The notes under the pieces were generated by a model. It had not been told where the DNA came from and did not search any database. It worked only from the letters and a program-made list of their open reading frames with translations. From Eledone cirrhosa (taxonomy: Eukaryota): a DNA stretch of 64,000 nt. The stretch spans positions 32,488,001 to 32,552,000 of the forward strand of contig OZ024752.1 of assembly GCA_964016885.1 (NCBI GenBank), given 5' to 3'. Every line of letters begins with the position of its first letter. Within the stretch, counting starts at the first letter, position 1. Made by a program: the position numbers and the translations under genes. Below, piece after piece: positions 38,732 to 51,600 of this stretch.

Positions 38732-39816
38732 TATGTGAAGATGTGTGGCTTAGTGGTTAGTATGTGAAGATGTGTGGCTTAGTGGTTAGTATGTGAAGAT
38801 GTGTGGCTTAGTGGTTAGTATGTGAAGATGTGTGGCTAAGTGGTTAGTATGTGAAGATGTGTGGCTAAGTGGTTAGTATGTGAAGATGTGTGGCTTAGTG
38901 GTTAGTATGTGGAAGATATGTGGATTAGTGGTTAGTATGTGGAAGATGCGTGGCTTAGTGGTTAGTATGTGAAGATGTGTGGCTTAGTGGTTAGTATGTG
39001 AAGATGTGTGGCTAAGTGGTTAGTATGTGAAGATGTGTGGCTTAGTGGTTAGTATGTGGAAGATGTGTGGCTTGGTGATTAGTATGTGAAGATGTCTAGC
39101 TTAGTGGTTAGTATGTGAAGATGTGTGGCATAGTGGTTAGTATGTGGAAGATGTCTAGCTTAGTGGTTAGTATGTGGAAGATGTGTGGCTTAGTGGTTAG
39201 TATGTGAAGATGTGTGGCTTAGTGGTTAGTATGTGGAAGATGTGTGGCTTAGTGGTTAGTATGTGGAAGATGTGTGGCTTGGTGATTAGTATGTGAAGAT
39301 GTCTAGCTTAGTGGTTAGTATGTGAAGATGTGTGGCATAGTGGTTAGTATGTGGAAGATGTCTAGCTTAGTGGTTAGTATGTGAAGATGTGTGGCTTAGT
39401 GGTTAGTATGTGAAGATGTGTGGCTTAGTGGTTAGTATGTGGAAGATGTGTGGCTTAGTGGTTAGTATGTGGAAGATGTGTGGCTTAGTGGTTAGTATGT
39501 GAAGATGTGTGGCTTAGTGGTTAGTATGTGAAGATGTGTGGCTTAGTGGTTAGTATGTGGAAGATGTGTGGCTTAGTGGTTAGTATGTGAAGATGCATGG
39601 CTTAGTGGTTAGTATGTGGAAGATATGTGGCTTAGTGGTTAGTATGTGGAAGATGTGTGGCTTAGTGGTTAGTATGTGAAGATGTGTGGCTTAGTGGTTA
39701 GTATGTGGAAGATGTGTGGCTTAGTGGTTAGTATGTGAAGATGCATGGCTTAGTGGTTAGTATGTGGAAGATATGTGGCTTAGTGGTTAGTATGTGGAAG
39801 ATGTCTAGCTTAGTGG
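38732..39816 (+). repeat. 29-30 bp minisatellite (roughly 37 units) derived from a SINE 5' end
   Basis: Unit tatgtg(g)aagatgtgtggcttagtggttag runs directly into agttcaaatcc (B box) and the CORE-like gttgtgtccattagcaagatactttatttcacg at 39822-39890. Confidence 0.92.
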
Positions 39817-39915
39817 CCGTTAGTTCAAATCCTGTACCAAGCGACGTGTTGTGTCCATTAGCAAGATACTTTATTTCACGTTACTCCAATCAACTTAGTT
39901 GGTAACCGTCCACTA

Positions 39916-40070
39916 TCCTTACGGGGTCGATAAAATAAAGTACCAGTAATGAACTGAGTAATTGCTGGCCTTGTGCCTAAAGTAGAAACAATTATCTCCT
40001 TATAATATATAACCAGCAATTTCTCTGTCTGTCTGTCTGTCCGACAGTGGAAACACGTGCGCGCGTGGTT

Positions 40071-40128
<58 letters not shown>

Positions 40129-40510
40129 CAGCTATTCCTCTCTTTTAGTCTGTCTGATTCTCTCACTCTTTCACTTTGTAACACACTAACATTCCTCCCC
40201 TCTATCGCTGTGACGAATGGGGAGATGGAGGAGGAGGAGGAGGAGAGAGTCACTTCGTCACTTCACCTCTGCCTTTCTTTCTCTCCCCTCTCACTCCCTC
40301 ATTACGTACAGACATTAGGGCGGTGGATTGGCAGAATCTGTAGAGAGTCGGACACCATGCTTCATAGCATGGAGTTACGTCCCTTTACGGTCTGAGTTCA
40401 AATACCGCCGAGGTTAACTTTGCCTTTCATCCTCACGGGATCGATAAAATAAAGTACCAGTAATGTACTGGGTAATTGCTGGCCTTGTGCCAAAAGTAGA
40501 AACAATTATT
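39916..40510 (+). mobile_element. SINE copies at 39916-39993 and 40319-40510
   Basis: Consensus match. Confidence 0.88.
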
Positions 40511-40627
40511 AGAAACATTGCTTCATTTTTACATATCTAAGCATTAGTAAAATAACTAATAATTTCAAAAGTAATTTTTCAATTCCAATTGTTATGAACA
40601 GCAAAACATTAATAACAATTTTGTTCT

Positions 40628-40871
40628 AAGAAATATATATACATTTCTGTGTGTGTAATATATATATATATACACACACAGAAATATATATACATTTCTG
40701 TGTGTGTAATATATATATATACACACAGAAATATATATACATTTCTTTGTGTGTAATATATATATATATACACACACAGAAATATATATATATACACACA
40801 GAAATATATATACATTTCTGTGTGTGTAATATATATATACACACAAAAATATATATACATTTCTGTGTGTG

Positions 40872-40912
<41 letters not shown>

Positions 40913-40975
40913 GAAATATATATACATTTCTGTGTGTGTAATATATATATATATATACACACACAGAAATATATG
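40628..40975. repeat. Minisatellite with internal palindromes (CACACAGAAAT..ATTTCTGTGTG)
   Basis: Direct reading. Confidence 0.88.
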
Positions 40976-41505
40976 GGCATTTCTCTGTTTGTCTGTCTGT
41001 CCTTCCCTAAAACTCAAATGTAGGTGCTACAGAAATATTACCTTCCCCTTCCTTTCTCCACTTTGGTACTACCAAGAGAAACACTGTCGCTATAGAAACA
41101 TTACCTTCCCCTCTCCACTGACTTTGGTCACTGAGGCCGCAGGAATCGCTGGTTGCTATAGAGACACCTTGCACAAGCCAGAAGTAACCAGTTCGAGGCG
41201 GTTGTGACTTGACACCATGCCAAGGACCATTTGAAGATATATTTCCATCGTTATATCATAACGTTTATGTATCATAACGTTTATATTTCCGTCACTAATC
41301 TCTTTTTCTCCTTTTTCGTTTTAACATATATTTATTTCAAAGATTTCACCGTATAGATAACATATATATTTATACATGCATAAAAGACACACCGAGAGAC
41401 AGTGAACATGTGGTGCCGAAAACATTTCTCATCCAAACTCAACAATATCAGTATATACACTAGATTTGCTAGCAGAAAACCGCCCACCGGGTGGTTTTCT
41501 GCTAG

Positions 41506-42161
41506 TCTATATATATAAAACTGAGGATGTCTGTCTGGGTGTGTGTGTGTGTGTCTGTGAGTTTGAATCCCTAAAACTCGAGAAGTACCCAACCGATCTT
41601 TTCCAAACTTTACATGTGTATTACTTATGTTTCAGTGAGTGTTATGCACATAAATCCAACTTTTTGATCCCCTAGAGCCTGCATTAGGTGAAAAACTGCG
41701 TTTTTTTTCAGCTTTTTATGGGTTTTTTTAGGCGTTACGTCAGACCGATTTCCTTGAAATTGTAACTATGTATTAATCAGTCTCTTCTTCATACCGTGAG
41801 CAAAGAAAATCCAACTTGTTTATGGTCTAGAGCCCGCATTAGGTGAAAAACTTCATTTTTTTCAGCTTTTTATGGATTTTTGAGGCGTTACGTCTAGCCG
41901 ATTTTCCCCAAATTTCAAGGCATATTATGCACATAAAAAAAAAATTCATTTTCTTGATCCCCTAGGGTCCGCATTAGGTGAAAACCTGCATTTTTCCTGC
42001 TTCATCGAGAAAAATCTTAAAGAAAGATTATCCAGCCATCAGAGTATTCGGTTTATTTTCTCTACATATTGTCCAGGCATGCAGTTTTTCCACGATTAGG
42101 TCTGTTGGCGGCCCGCGTTCCAAAATACCTTATCCCGTGCAACGCCGGGTACGACTGCTAG
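41506..42161 (+). mobile_element. Non-autonomous Helitron
   Basis: 5' TCtatatatataaaactgaggatgtctgtc; 3' hairpin CCCG-tgcaacgc-CGGG at 42134-42149, then CTAG|T; internal ~140-150 bp repeats (ctagagcccgcattaggtgaaaa-like, three copies). Confidence 0.8.
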
Positions 42162-42259
42162 TGTTTTATATATTCAGATATTGTTGATATTTTTACTAAA
42201 CCAATAACAAACAGTTCATGAGGAGAAGAAAGGAAACCTCATAACGTCCACGTCTAAAC

Positions 42260-42420
42260 TTGTTTATAAACTGATTATCTCAATTCGTTTCAACGACGCT
42301 GTGTAATCAATTAACCGGAAACATATATTTTGATTTATGGCTCTTGTTCTCGCCTCGTTGACAGTTTATGGCGAGCGTCGCTCAGCAGGATTTTGTAAAA
42401 AGAAGCCAATAAAAGTAAGG
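42260..42420. promoter_or_regulatory. Candidate Hox/TALE cis-regulatory module
   Basis: TGATTTATGG (42331), TGACAG (42359), TTTATGG (42365), CCAATAAAA (42406) and TAATCAATTAA (42304) in unique sequence that retains CpG. Confidence 0.45.
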
Positions 42421-42484
42421 GGAGGCTACCAGGTAGTATCAGCCACCATTAAAAGAACAAACAAGTTCAGTTCAATCTAAACAA

Positions 42485-42670
42485 TAATTGTTTATACTTT
42501 TTGGCACAAGGCCAGCAATTATCTCAGTGTATTACTGGTACTTTATTTTATCGACCCCGTAAGGATGAAAGGCAAAGTTAACCTCGGCGGGATTTGAACT
42601 CAGTCCGTAAAGGGACGTAACTGTGCTGCAAAGCATGGCGTCCGACCCTCTACCGATACTGCCAATCTAC
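42485..42670 (-). mobile_element. SINE copy (another at 43835-44021, minus strand)
   Basis: Consensus match. Confidence 0.9.
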
Positions 42671-42741
42671 TGCCAATCTAAACTATAATAAAGGAAGGTC
42701 TGCGGGACTGCGTACGGTTTTTCTTATCCTCCGGTTCGGTT

Positions 42742-43022
42742 TGGAGATTTCTGGTGTCCTTGGTCATAGGGCCACCTCCCTACTCACCACCATCGGCACA
42801 GAATTGGCTACCTGCAGGTGTGAGCCTCGCGAACTGGAATGGCTCTTCCAGCGCGTCTCCCTCACCATTCTCCAGGGTAACACCTTCTCTATTCTGTCCG
42901 CCAGGGCCGTGAGGCGGCCAGCACGTGGGCCCCATTTGCTTATAATAGTGAGAGATGGGGAGAGTGGAAAAGACGGAGGCAGTGACAGTGGGAGTTTGGT
43001 TCCTTTGTGTTCGGACCTGGTC
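42742..43022 (+). mobile_element. CRE-like retrotransposon 3' fragment
   Basis: EISGVLGHRATSLLTTIGTELATCRCEPRELEWLFQRVSLTILQGNTFSILSARAV. Confidence 0.78.
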
Positions 43023-43791
43023 TATATGTATATGTTTCATTTAGGTTTGTCTGTCATCATTGCCTGTGGACGGCTCAATAAAATAGTAGTTGTTTCTTTT
43101 CTTCACCAGGTTGTTTGTTTAACACAAAAACACACCAGACCGTGTAGACATAGGATCAAGAGTGTTTTAATTATAATCTTTCAGATTTTTTTTCAACGTG
43201 AGCTTATTTTCTATAGCAAGTTTCAGAGAAAAGGTTCGCTGATATTTCTCGTCACTAGAGTGACCACCAAGAGGCTCCCTTGTAGCTAAATTGTGAGTTG
43301 TGATGATAACGTGCTGTTTATGGTGCGATGGTCTTGTTTATTGTGTAGTCGTTGGTGGTGGTGTTTATAATTTCGTGGTCGGTTTTATATTGTAGTACTA
43401 GTGTGTATAGTATAATATAGTATAGTTGTGGTGTTTATAGCGCAGTGGTGGTGCAGTGGTGGTGGATGGTGGTGGTGGTGGTGGTGGTGGTGGTGGCTGG
43501 CAGTCATGATCGGTGTAGTGTTAAACAAACGGTCAAAAACAACAAGCCCACCACAACTTTCAACACTACTGCTAAAAGTAATCCCTATCCTCACCCTCTC
43601 TACAAAACCCACATTAAGCAGCATCACTATCAATATCATAAACAACATTAGTATAATTCTACCCTACAGACATATTCCAGGATCGATCACGCCAGTTATA
43701 CTGGATATAATGATTTATATCTATCCTACGCCCATAATTTGTAACAAGATTTATTTGAGGCCGTGTGTCATTGCCGTATATTGATTGTTAA

Positions 43792-43835
<44 letters not shown>

Positions 43836-44022
43836 ATTGTTTCTACTTTAGGCACAAGGCCAGCAATTACCCAGTGTATTACTGGTACTTTATTTTATCG
43901 ACCCCGTAAGGATGAAAGGCAAAGTTAACCTCGGCGGGATTTGAACTCAAACCATAAAGGGGCGTAACTCTTTGCTGCAAAGCATAGCGTCAGACCCTCT
44001 ACCGATACTGCCAATCCACCGC

Positions 44023-44268
44023 TCGAACTTTGGGCTGATCAATAGCGAAACACGCGTCACCAACCAATAAACGTAATGAAGGAACCAGGCGTAACATTAT
44101 ATATATATATATATAATGAAATAAAACAAGGGCGAGTGGTTACGCCTGGTTCCTTCATTACGTTTATTGGTTGGTGACGCGTGTTTCGCTATTGATCAGC
44201 CCAAAGTTCGATCTGTATCTATCTAGCCTGACTCTGTAATCAATGACTCGTCGGAGGACCTCTTTGGT

Positions 44269-44270
<2 letters not shown>
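44023..44270. mobile_element. Tail-to-tail fold-back around a central (TA)n, with an extended hammerhead-like motif related to family C
   Basis: Arms at 44023-44095 and 44140-44211. Minus strand GGT-cct-CcGACGA-GTcATTGAT-tacagagtcagg...gctg-ATCAATaGC-GAAA-CacgcG-TC-ACC, then aataaa. Confidence 0.65.
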
Positions 44271-44318
<48 letters not shown>

Positions 44319-44390
44319 ATTATTATTTATATTTAACAAAGTAATTGCATATCATGTCGTGTGATTCCGAGAAGGTTATGAGTGAAGAAA

Positions 44391-44442
<52 letters not shown>

Positions 44443-44466
44443 TGAGTGTGAGTGTGAGTGTGGTGT

Positions 44467-44523
<57 letters not shown>

Positions 44524-45029
44524 TGAGTGTGGTTATATATCTGTATATATTCAGAGTGGGTAACCGAGGCTCCGACAATGTGCATTTATATATACTCGTC
44601 TGTGTGTGTTTGTGTTTTCATGTGTGTGTGCGTGTGCGTGCGTGTGCCTGTGTGTGTGTATGTATCTGTGTGTTTATATATACTCTTGTGTGTATGTGTG
44701 TGGTGTGTGTGGTGTGTGTGGTGTGTGTGGTGTGTGGTGTGTGTGGTGTGTGGTGTGTGTGTATCTGTGTGTTTATAAAATGTAAATCTATTGGGAGATA
44801 TGTTGTTGATTCAACGTCCATACATTAATTATGGAGTAAATTATGTTTAACATCAATCCTGAAAAAGTTCGAACCTTTTCGATTCTGAGGCATCGCTTAT
44901 TAAACATCAAATATTTAAGGATTACAACCTCATTAATGACTTCATTAATGACGTCATCAAACTCATTAGAAAGTCTTAACCTCTCATTAAGTTGATTAGA
45001 TATTTTCTACTTTAGTAATAAAGCAGCAT

Positions 45030-45770
45030 ACAGTATCTGAAGAGGGTCGGGCGTCATGCTTTGCAGCAAAGAGTTACGTCCCTTTATGGTCTGAGTTCAA
45101 ATCCCGCCGAGGTTAACTTTACCTTTCATCCTTACGGGATCGATAAAATAAAGTACCAGTAATACACTGGGGTAATTTCTGACCTTGTGCCAAAAGTAGA
45201 AACAATTATTAAATATTTCCTCTAGCAGAATCGGTAGAGCGTTGGACAATATGCTTTGCGGTCTAGAGTTATGGCCCTTGGCGGTCTGAGTTCAAATTCC
45301 GCCGAGGTTAACTTTGCCTTTCATGCTTACGGGGTTGATAAAATAAAGTACCAGTAATGCACTGGGATAATTGCTGGCCTTGTGCCAAAAGTAGAAACAA
45401 TTATTACTAGGTGGATTGGCAGTATCGGTAGAGTGTCGGACGACAGGCTTTTCAGCATAGAGTTATGGCCCTTTATGGTCTGAGTTCAAATCTCGCCGAG
45501 GTTAACTTTGCCTTTCATCCTTACGGGGTCGATAAAATAAAGTACCAGTAATGCACTGGAGTAATTGCTGGTCTTGTGCCAAAGGTAGAAACCATTATTA
45601 CTAGGAGTGGTTGATTAGAAACAGCTATTTACTACCTGAGTTCTAATTCCGCCATGGTGAACTTCGCATTTCATGACTCCAGAGTCGCTAAAATAAAGTA
45701 CCAGTTAAGTACTGGGACCAATATAATGGATAACACCACCACTCACGCCCAAATTCCGGGCCTTATTCTA
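45030..45770 (+). mobile_element. Four tandemly arranged SINE copies or fragments
   Basis: 45030-45210, 45225-45405, 45410-45598 and 45635-45770. Confidence 0.9.
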
Positions 45771-46049
45771 AGGAATAATTATCTTTCCCTATTTCTGAGT
45801 AATTAGATTCTTATTCCTCACTAACGTATATTTAATTCAAGAACCTCCATTTACTCAAATATATACTCATATTCTATATACTGTGTTTATTTACACACAT
45901 CTATCTACTATATATCCCAATGTTCTATTTCACCTCCGATCTTTACAAATCTATTTTCTGCCTTCCTTTACACCATCTTTCACTAATTATCACTTTTACA
46001 TCTATCTTTCGCCTTTTCCTTTTCTTTCATTAAAATATATTTCGCTAAA

Positions 46050-46290
46050 TTGGTTTCTAATTGAGGCATATGCCAACATATATAAGATTTTGCCTAATTG
46101 ATTTCTAATTAAGACCAATATATATTAGATTTTACCAAAATGATATCTAATTTAGGCACAAGACCAACATATATTAGATTTTACCAAATTGATTTTTAAT
46201 TAAGGCATAAGGCCAATATATATTAGATTTTGCTAAATTAATATCTAATTAAGGCACAAGACCAACATATATTAGATTTTCTCTAATTAA
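46050..46290. repeat. ~45-bp degenerate tandem repeat resembling the reverse SINE tail
   Basis: tctaattaaggcacaagaccaacatatattagatttt recurs about five times. Confidence 0.7.
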
Positions 46291-47614
46291 AGCCCGTTAG
46301 GATTTGCCATATCTTTTACCTATTGTATTTTCTTTAACTGTAGGTATTCGCTTTACAGCCTTTTAGGACTGAAACATACAGTATAACATAAGCCAAAACA
46401 TGTTCTCTTCAGACAAAATCCACTGGAGATGTAGAAAACATTTGATATGCAGACAGTCAGACGAGCTGTTCCGATCTGTAACCAACAAGTATAAAAACCT
46501 CATCACAGAATGTATTATTTGAATGGGAGAAATATTACAATTGGAATTGATGTTTTCGAACTGGTATGATGACATTGGATTGGTAAAAAAAAAAAAATTA
46601 AAAAAATTAAAAAAAATAAAAAATTAAAAAAAAATAATATTGACTGTTAGTCTATTTATTTATAACTTAAGTTAGATTAAATTAGATACTATACTAACAA
46701 AAAATATATTCCAAGATGCAAATTAATAATGTAACTATGTAATAAAAAAAATTTATTAATTATTAATTTCGTAGACAATTTATCTTAGTTTATGTAAACA
46801 AATTAATTTAGTAGATATTATTAGAGTGGAAAAAAAATATTTAACAATTTGCTTTGCTAATTTATAACTGGCTAAGTTATTATTGTATTAATATAAATTG
46901 GTTCAAAAGAAAAGATGTATTTGTTGTAGCCTAATTATTTAAAATGAAAACTGCATGTATTACAGCATAATATGTCAATTTATATTAAAATTAATTCATT
47001 TATATACTAATTAAAGTTAAAAAAGATGTAAAAGTTATGATGAAGGAATATTATAATACTTATTTGTTTTATTTACCTTATTAACGATTTATAAATAAAA
47101 AAAAGCAAAAAAACTGTATATAAAGAAAATTCTATATTATTTATTTAATGGACTATTAAATTGTATTTAAAATTTAACAAAATATCCTATGAAACGTTTT
47201 GCCATACTTATGAAGACAAGAACTAAAGATTTAAGAGCATTTATTTATAATTAAATGCCTATTTTGAATGATGTGGAGAATCTCTGTGGTACAGAGGTCA
47301 AATTCCTTAGATATAGATACATTTCCATAAGGCAAAGCACGAGAAAGTTTCTGCCAAGAAAAGCAGACAAAAAATGACTGCGCTCTTTCAGAAGACCGAC
47401 TTACTCCACGAGTGGAAAGATGTAGAAGAGATGACATCATAATGAGAATCCCCATCGTCAATAATGACGGGGACGAGAGCAAAGAAAAAAGACTAAATGT
47501 TCAAACAGTCAACAGACAGAATAAAGTCACTGGATACGTATCACTTGGGATTTCGTATTTTCAATATAGTCGCATGAATGTGTTACTCTCAGATACATAT
47601 ACATCAATCGGGAG

Positions 47615-48030
47615 TCACCGATTTCTTGGAAACAGAAGCTGACAAATAAAGAAATACCACCAATCTCAAAAAAAGTTGCCTGCCGACGAATGAAACTGGC
47701 TTGGCACTGCATCCGTCACCCAAAAGAGACAGCATCACCACTTGTGCTCTGAAAACCAGCGGTCGCCGAAGAAGCGTGGGGAAGACAAGCCGTCTAATTC
47801 ATTGATACCCTGCTGAGAGATGCTAACATTGATACCCTGCTGAGAGATGCTAACATTGATACCCTGCTGAGAGATGCTAACATTGATACCCTGCTGAGAG
47901 ATGCTAACATTGATACCCTGCTGAGAGATGCCAACATTGATAACATCGACGAACTAAGAAATGTCATGCTCAGTCGGGATGATTGGGGAAAGCGTGCTGA
48001 ATCTTTGCGAGTGTAAACTCGGCTGAAGAA
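47615..48030 (+). mobile_element. RTE-clade LINE 3' end with an internal 27-bp x5 tandem expansion (47800-47942)
   Basis: ISWKQKLTNKE-IPPISKKVACRRMKLAWHCIRHPKETASPLVL*...FIDTLLRDAN(x5)IDNIDELRNVMLSRDDW. Confidence 0.8.
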
Positions 48031-48591
48031 GAAGGAAATCACCGATTGACGTTGCTTCTTTATTAATCGACAGGGGAGAGGACAACTTCATCTAGTTAAC
48101 TAGAACTAAGAATAACCATATTATAAGCATTATTTCCTAAGGAGATAACTATGGAAATGTTTACTTTATCCGTCGAAAGCTTCAATTATCAGTTTATGGA
48201 TCATTTGATACGCCAGCTAATGAAGCGCTCTGGATTCATTCTCCCCTTGCACTCAATCGATTCACTGTATAAATAATTTCGACAAACTATCAACGTCTCA
48301 GCTTCCTATTTCCCAACTCATTAAATCTTTGCTTTCCTCTTCTCTCATTAACAACAATATAAACTGATTATTCCGTAAATTATGGATGATTAGAACAATT
48401 TAATCATTAAATAGATATAAGTCTAGAAAGAACGTCATTAAAGAAACGTCTAGACTTTTCTCTCTGTATATGTATATATATGATATGTATATATATATAT
48501 ATATATGATGTCCTCATTTTATTGTATTGTCCTACTTCCGTTAATTCTTCTTTCCTGTGGATTTCTGATACTTCTTCCTTGAATATATATA

Positions 48592-48623
<32 letters not shown>

Positions 48624-48807
48624 CAGCATAGTTACGTCCCTTTACGATCTGAGTTCAAATCCCGCCGAGGTTGACTTTGCCTTTCATCCTTACGGGGTCG
48701 ATAAAATAAAGTACCAGTAATGCACTGGGTAATTGCTGGTCTTGTGCCTAAAGTAGAAACAATTACTATTTATTATATTTTGCGAGGTAATACTGCCAAT
48801 ACAACAA

Positions 48808-48858
<51 letters not shown>

Positions 48859-48960
48859 AAAAGCAAACAGAAATAACAAAGCAAACGACACAGTACAATG
48901 AAGAAATATATATATATATATATATATATTAGTTTTACGCTTGATATAATAGTAAAAGAG

Positions 48961-48995
48961 TCTTAGCGTTTCGGACGCTAGTCCTTCATCAGAAA
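48961..48995 (-). ncRNA. Penelope-type minimal hammerhead
   Basis: TTT-CTGATGA-a-GGAC(tagc)GTCC-GAAAC-gc-TA-AGA; (TA)n lies about 30 nt downstream on the minus strand. Confidence 0.65.
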
Positions 48996-49549
48996 ATATA
49001 AAGTGAAATTAAAGCAACAGAAATATAGAAGAGAGTGAGAGGGTTATGTGGTCCTAAGCTAGAGTTTATTTAGCTTATAGATAAGTGGAGCACTAAAAAA
49101 TATGTTAGAGAACGTGAATCTCTGAAATACACCTTTATCAGAACCAACAATACTGAGTTGCTTAACAAACTGTATGAATTGAAGGAGGAAAACCTACATA
49201 AGATGAGGGTGGACTCGGATATAACGGATTGATTTTGAGAGCTGTGTGGCGAGATTTACAAAGAGATAAAATACTTCTGTCCATTTCTTGTTGAGGAAGT
49301 CCCTGAACAAATGCTTACGGGGTATTTCGATTATCTCAGGGAGGTATATAATGCATGGTGGTTGAGCGGGAACGTGGGGTGTTAGCCATGGTTGCTACCT
49401 GTGGTTTTAATCCTAATCCTTTTGTTTTAAATCATATATTATGTGATTATTGTCTTCTATAATACTGTTATACGTATTTCAGATTTTTATCAAATTAATG
49501 TCTATTGTATAACGTCCTTGCCCTTAACAAAATTATATTAAAAAATGAA

Positions 49550-49900
49550 AGTAAGTCCCACATGTTTTGTAACCCCTATGTTTATAATGCGCAAGTCCTA
49601 CATGTTTTGTAACCCCTGTTTATAATGTCCAAATCCCACATGTATTATAACCTCTATGTTTATAATGCACAAGACCCACATGTATAGTAACACTGTTTAT
49701 AATTCACAAGCCCAACATGTATTGTAACCCCTATATGTATAATGCACAAGTCCCACATGTATTAACCCCTATATTTATAATGTAGAAGTCCCACATGTAT
49801 TGTAACCCCTATGTTTATAATACACAAGTCCCACATGCATTGTAACCCCTATGTTTATAATGTTCAAGCCCCACATGTAACCCCTATGTTTATAATGTTT
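49550..49900. repeat. ~41-bp minisatellite
   Basis: caagtcccacatgtattgtaacccctatgtttataat and variants. Confidence 0.88.
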
Positions 49901-50325
49901 ACTCTATTTTATGTGCAAAGCCTTGTAGCTATTAACAAAGAAACCAATATTATCGTTATTAGCAAAGGCGATGGGTTGGCAGTATCGGTAGAGGATCTGA
50001 CGCCATGCTTTGCAGCAAAGAGTTACGGCCCTTTATGGTCTGAGTTCAAATCTCGCCGAGGTTAACTTTACCTTTCATCCTTACGGGCTCGATAAAATAA
50101 AGTACCAGTAATACACTGGTGTATTTGCTGGCCTTGTGCCAAAAGTAGAAATAATTATTTTATATATATAAAGATTGGTATGGAGATTGTTTAAGATATT
50201 TCTAGAGTAGTTGTTGTTGTTGGGTTTTCAGCCCCAAGCTATCTTTTATTTAACAGACTTATGATGAAAGCCACTCTAGCCATTGCCACCCCCCCCCCAT
50301 CCTTTTGTATATTTAGGGTCGATAA

Positions 50326-51449
50326 AATAAAGTACCTGTCACGTACTGGGGTCGATTTAATCGACTTTCCCCTCCCCCAAAATTGCTGGCCTTGTGCCTA
50401 TATAAGAAACAGTTATTACTACTACTACTACAACTACTACTACTGCTGCTGCTATCATCATCGCCGTCAACGTTATTGTCGTTGTTGTGTTTATTTCATC
50501 CTCCTGCACACATACTTCAACCATTCACTTCTCATGGAGGAATCATAAATACTTATTTGAAAAAATTTAGCAACAGAAGCTGAATATAATAATTGGTGGG
50601 GAAACAACTTGTCTGAATTCTATATAAATATCATTGGTGATTGGTGGTGATAGTTGTGGTGGTAGTGGTAGTAGTAGTAGTGGTGGTGGTTGTGGTGGTG
50701 GTGGTGGTGGTGGTGGTGGTGGTGGTGGTGGTAGTGGTGGTGGTAGTTGTGGTAGTAGTGGTTGTGGTGGTGGTGATTGGTGGTGATAGTTGTGGTGGTA
50801 GTGGTAGTAGTAGTAGTGGTGGTGGTTGTGGTGGTGGTGGTGGTGGTGGTGGTAGTGGTAGTGGTGGTGGTGATTGGTGGTGGTGGTAGTTGTGGTGGTA
50901 GTAGTGGTGGTGGTTGTGGTGGTGGTTGTGGTAGTAGTGGTGGTGGTGATTGGTTGTGGTGGTAGTAGTGGTGGTGGTGGTGGTGGTGGTGGTGGTAGTT
51001 TGGTGGTGGTGGTGGTTGTGGTAGTAGTGGTGGTAGTAGTTGTGGTGGTAGTAGTGGTGGTGGTGGTAGTTGTGGTGGTAGTAGTGGTGGTGGTTGTGGT
51101 AGTAGTAGTGGTGGTGGTAGTAGTGGTGGTGGTGGTAGTAGTGGTGGTAGTAGTGGTGGTGGTGGTGGTGGTTGTGGTAGTAGTAGTGGTGGTGGTAGTA
51201 GTGGTGGTTGTGGTAGTAGTAGTGGTAGTGGTAGTGGTGGTGGTGGTTTATATAGAATTCAGACAAGTTGTTTCCCCACCAATTATTATATTCAGCTTCT
51301 GTTGCTAAATTTTTTCAAATAAGTATTTATGATTCCTCCATGAGAAGTGAATGGTTGAAGTATGTGTGCAGGAGGATGAAATAAACACAACAACGACAAT
51401 AACGTTGACGGCGATGATGATAGCAGCAGTAGTAGTAGTAGTAGTAGTT

Positions 51450-51500
<51 letters not shown>

Positions 51501-51600
51501 ACTGTTTCTTATATAGGCACAAGGCCAGCAATTTTGGGGGAGGGGGAAAGTCGATTAAATCGACCCCAGTACGTGACTGGTACTTTATTTTATCGACCCC
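50326..51600. repeat. Inverted duplication (arms about 50326-50628 and 51247-51600) around a (GGT/AGT)n array
   Basis: SINE 3' part plus unique sequence catcgccgtcaacgttattg...tctgaattctatataaa is mirrored on the other side. Confidence 0.92.

Noticed and set aside
38732-39816. CRISPR-like regular repeat
   Set aside because: The units are contiguous with no unique spacers, and the context is eukaryotic.
49100-49385. Protein-like plus-strand frame next to the 48961 hammerhead
   Set aside because: Interrupted by stops; no motif I can name on either strand.
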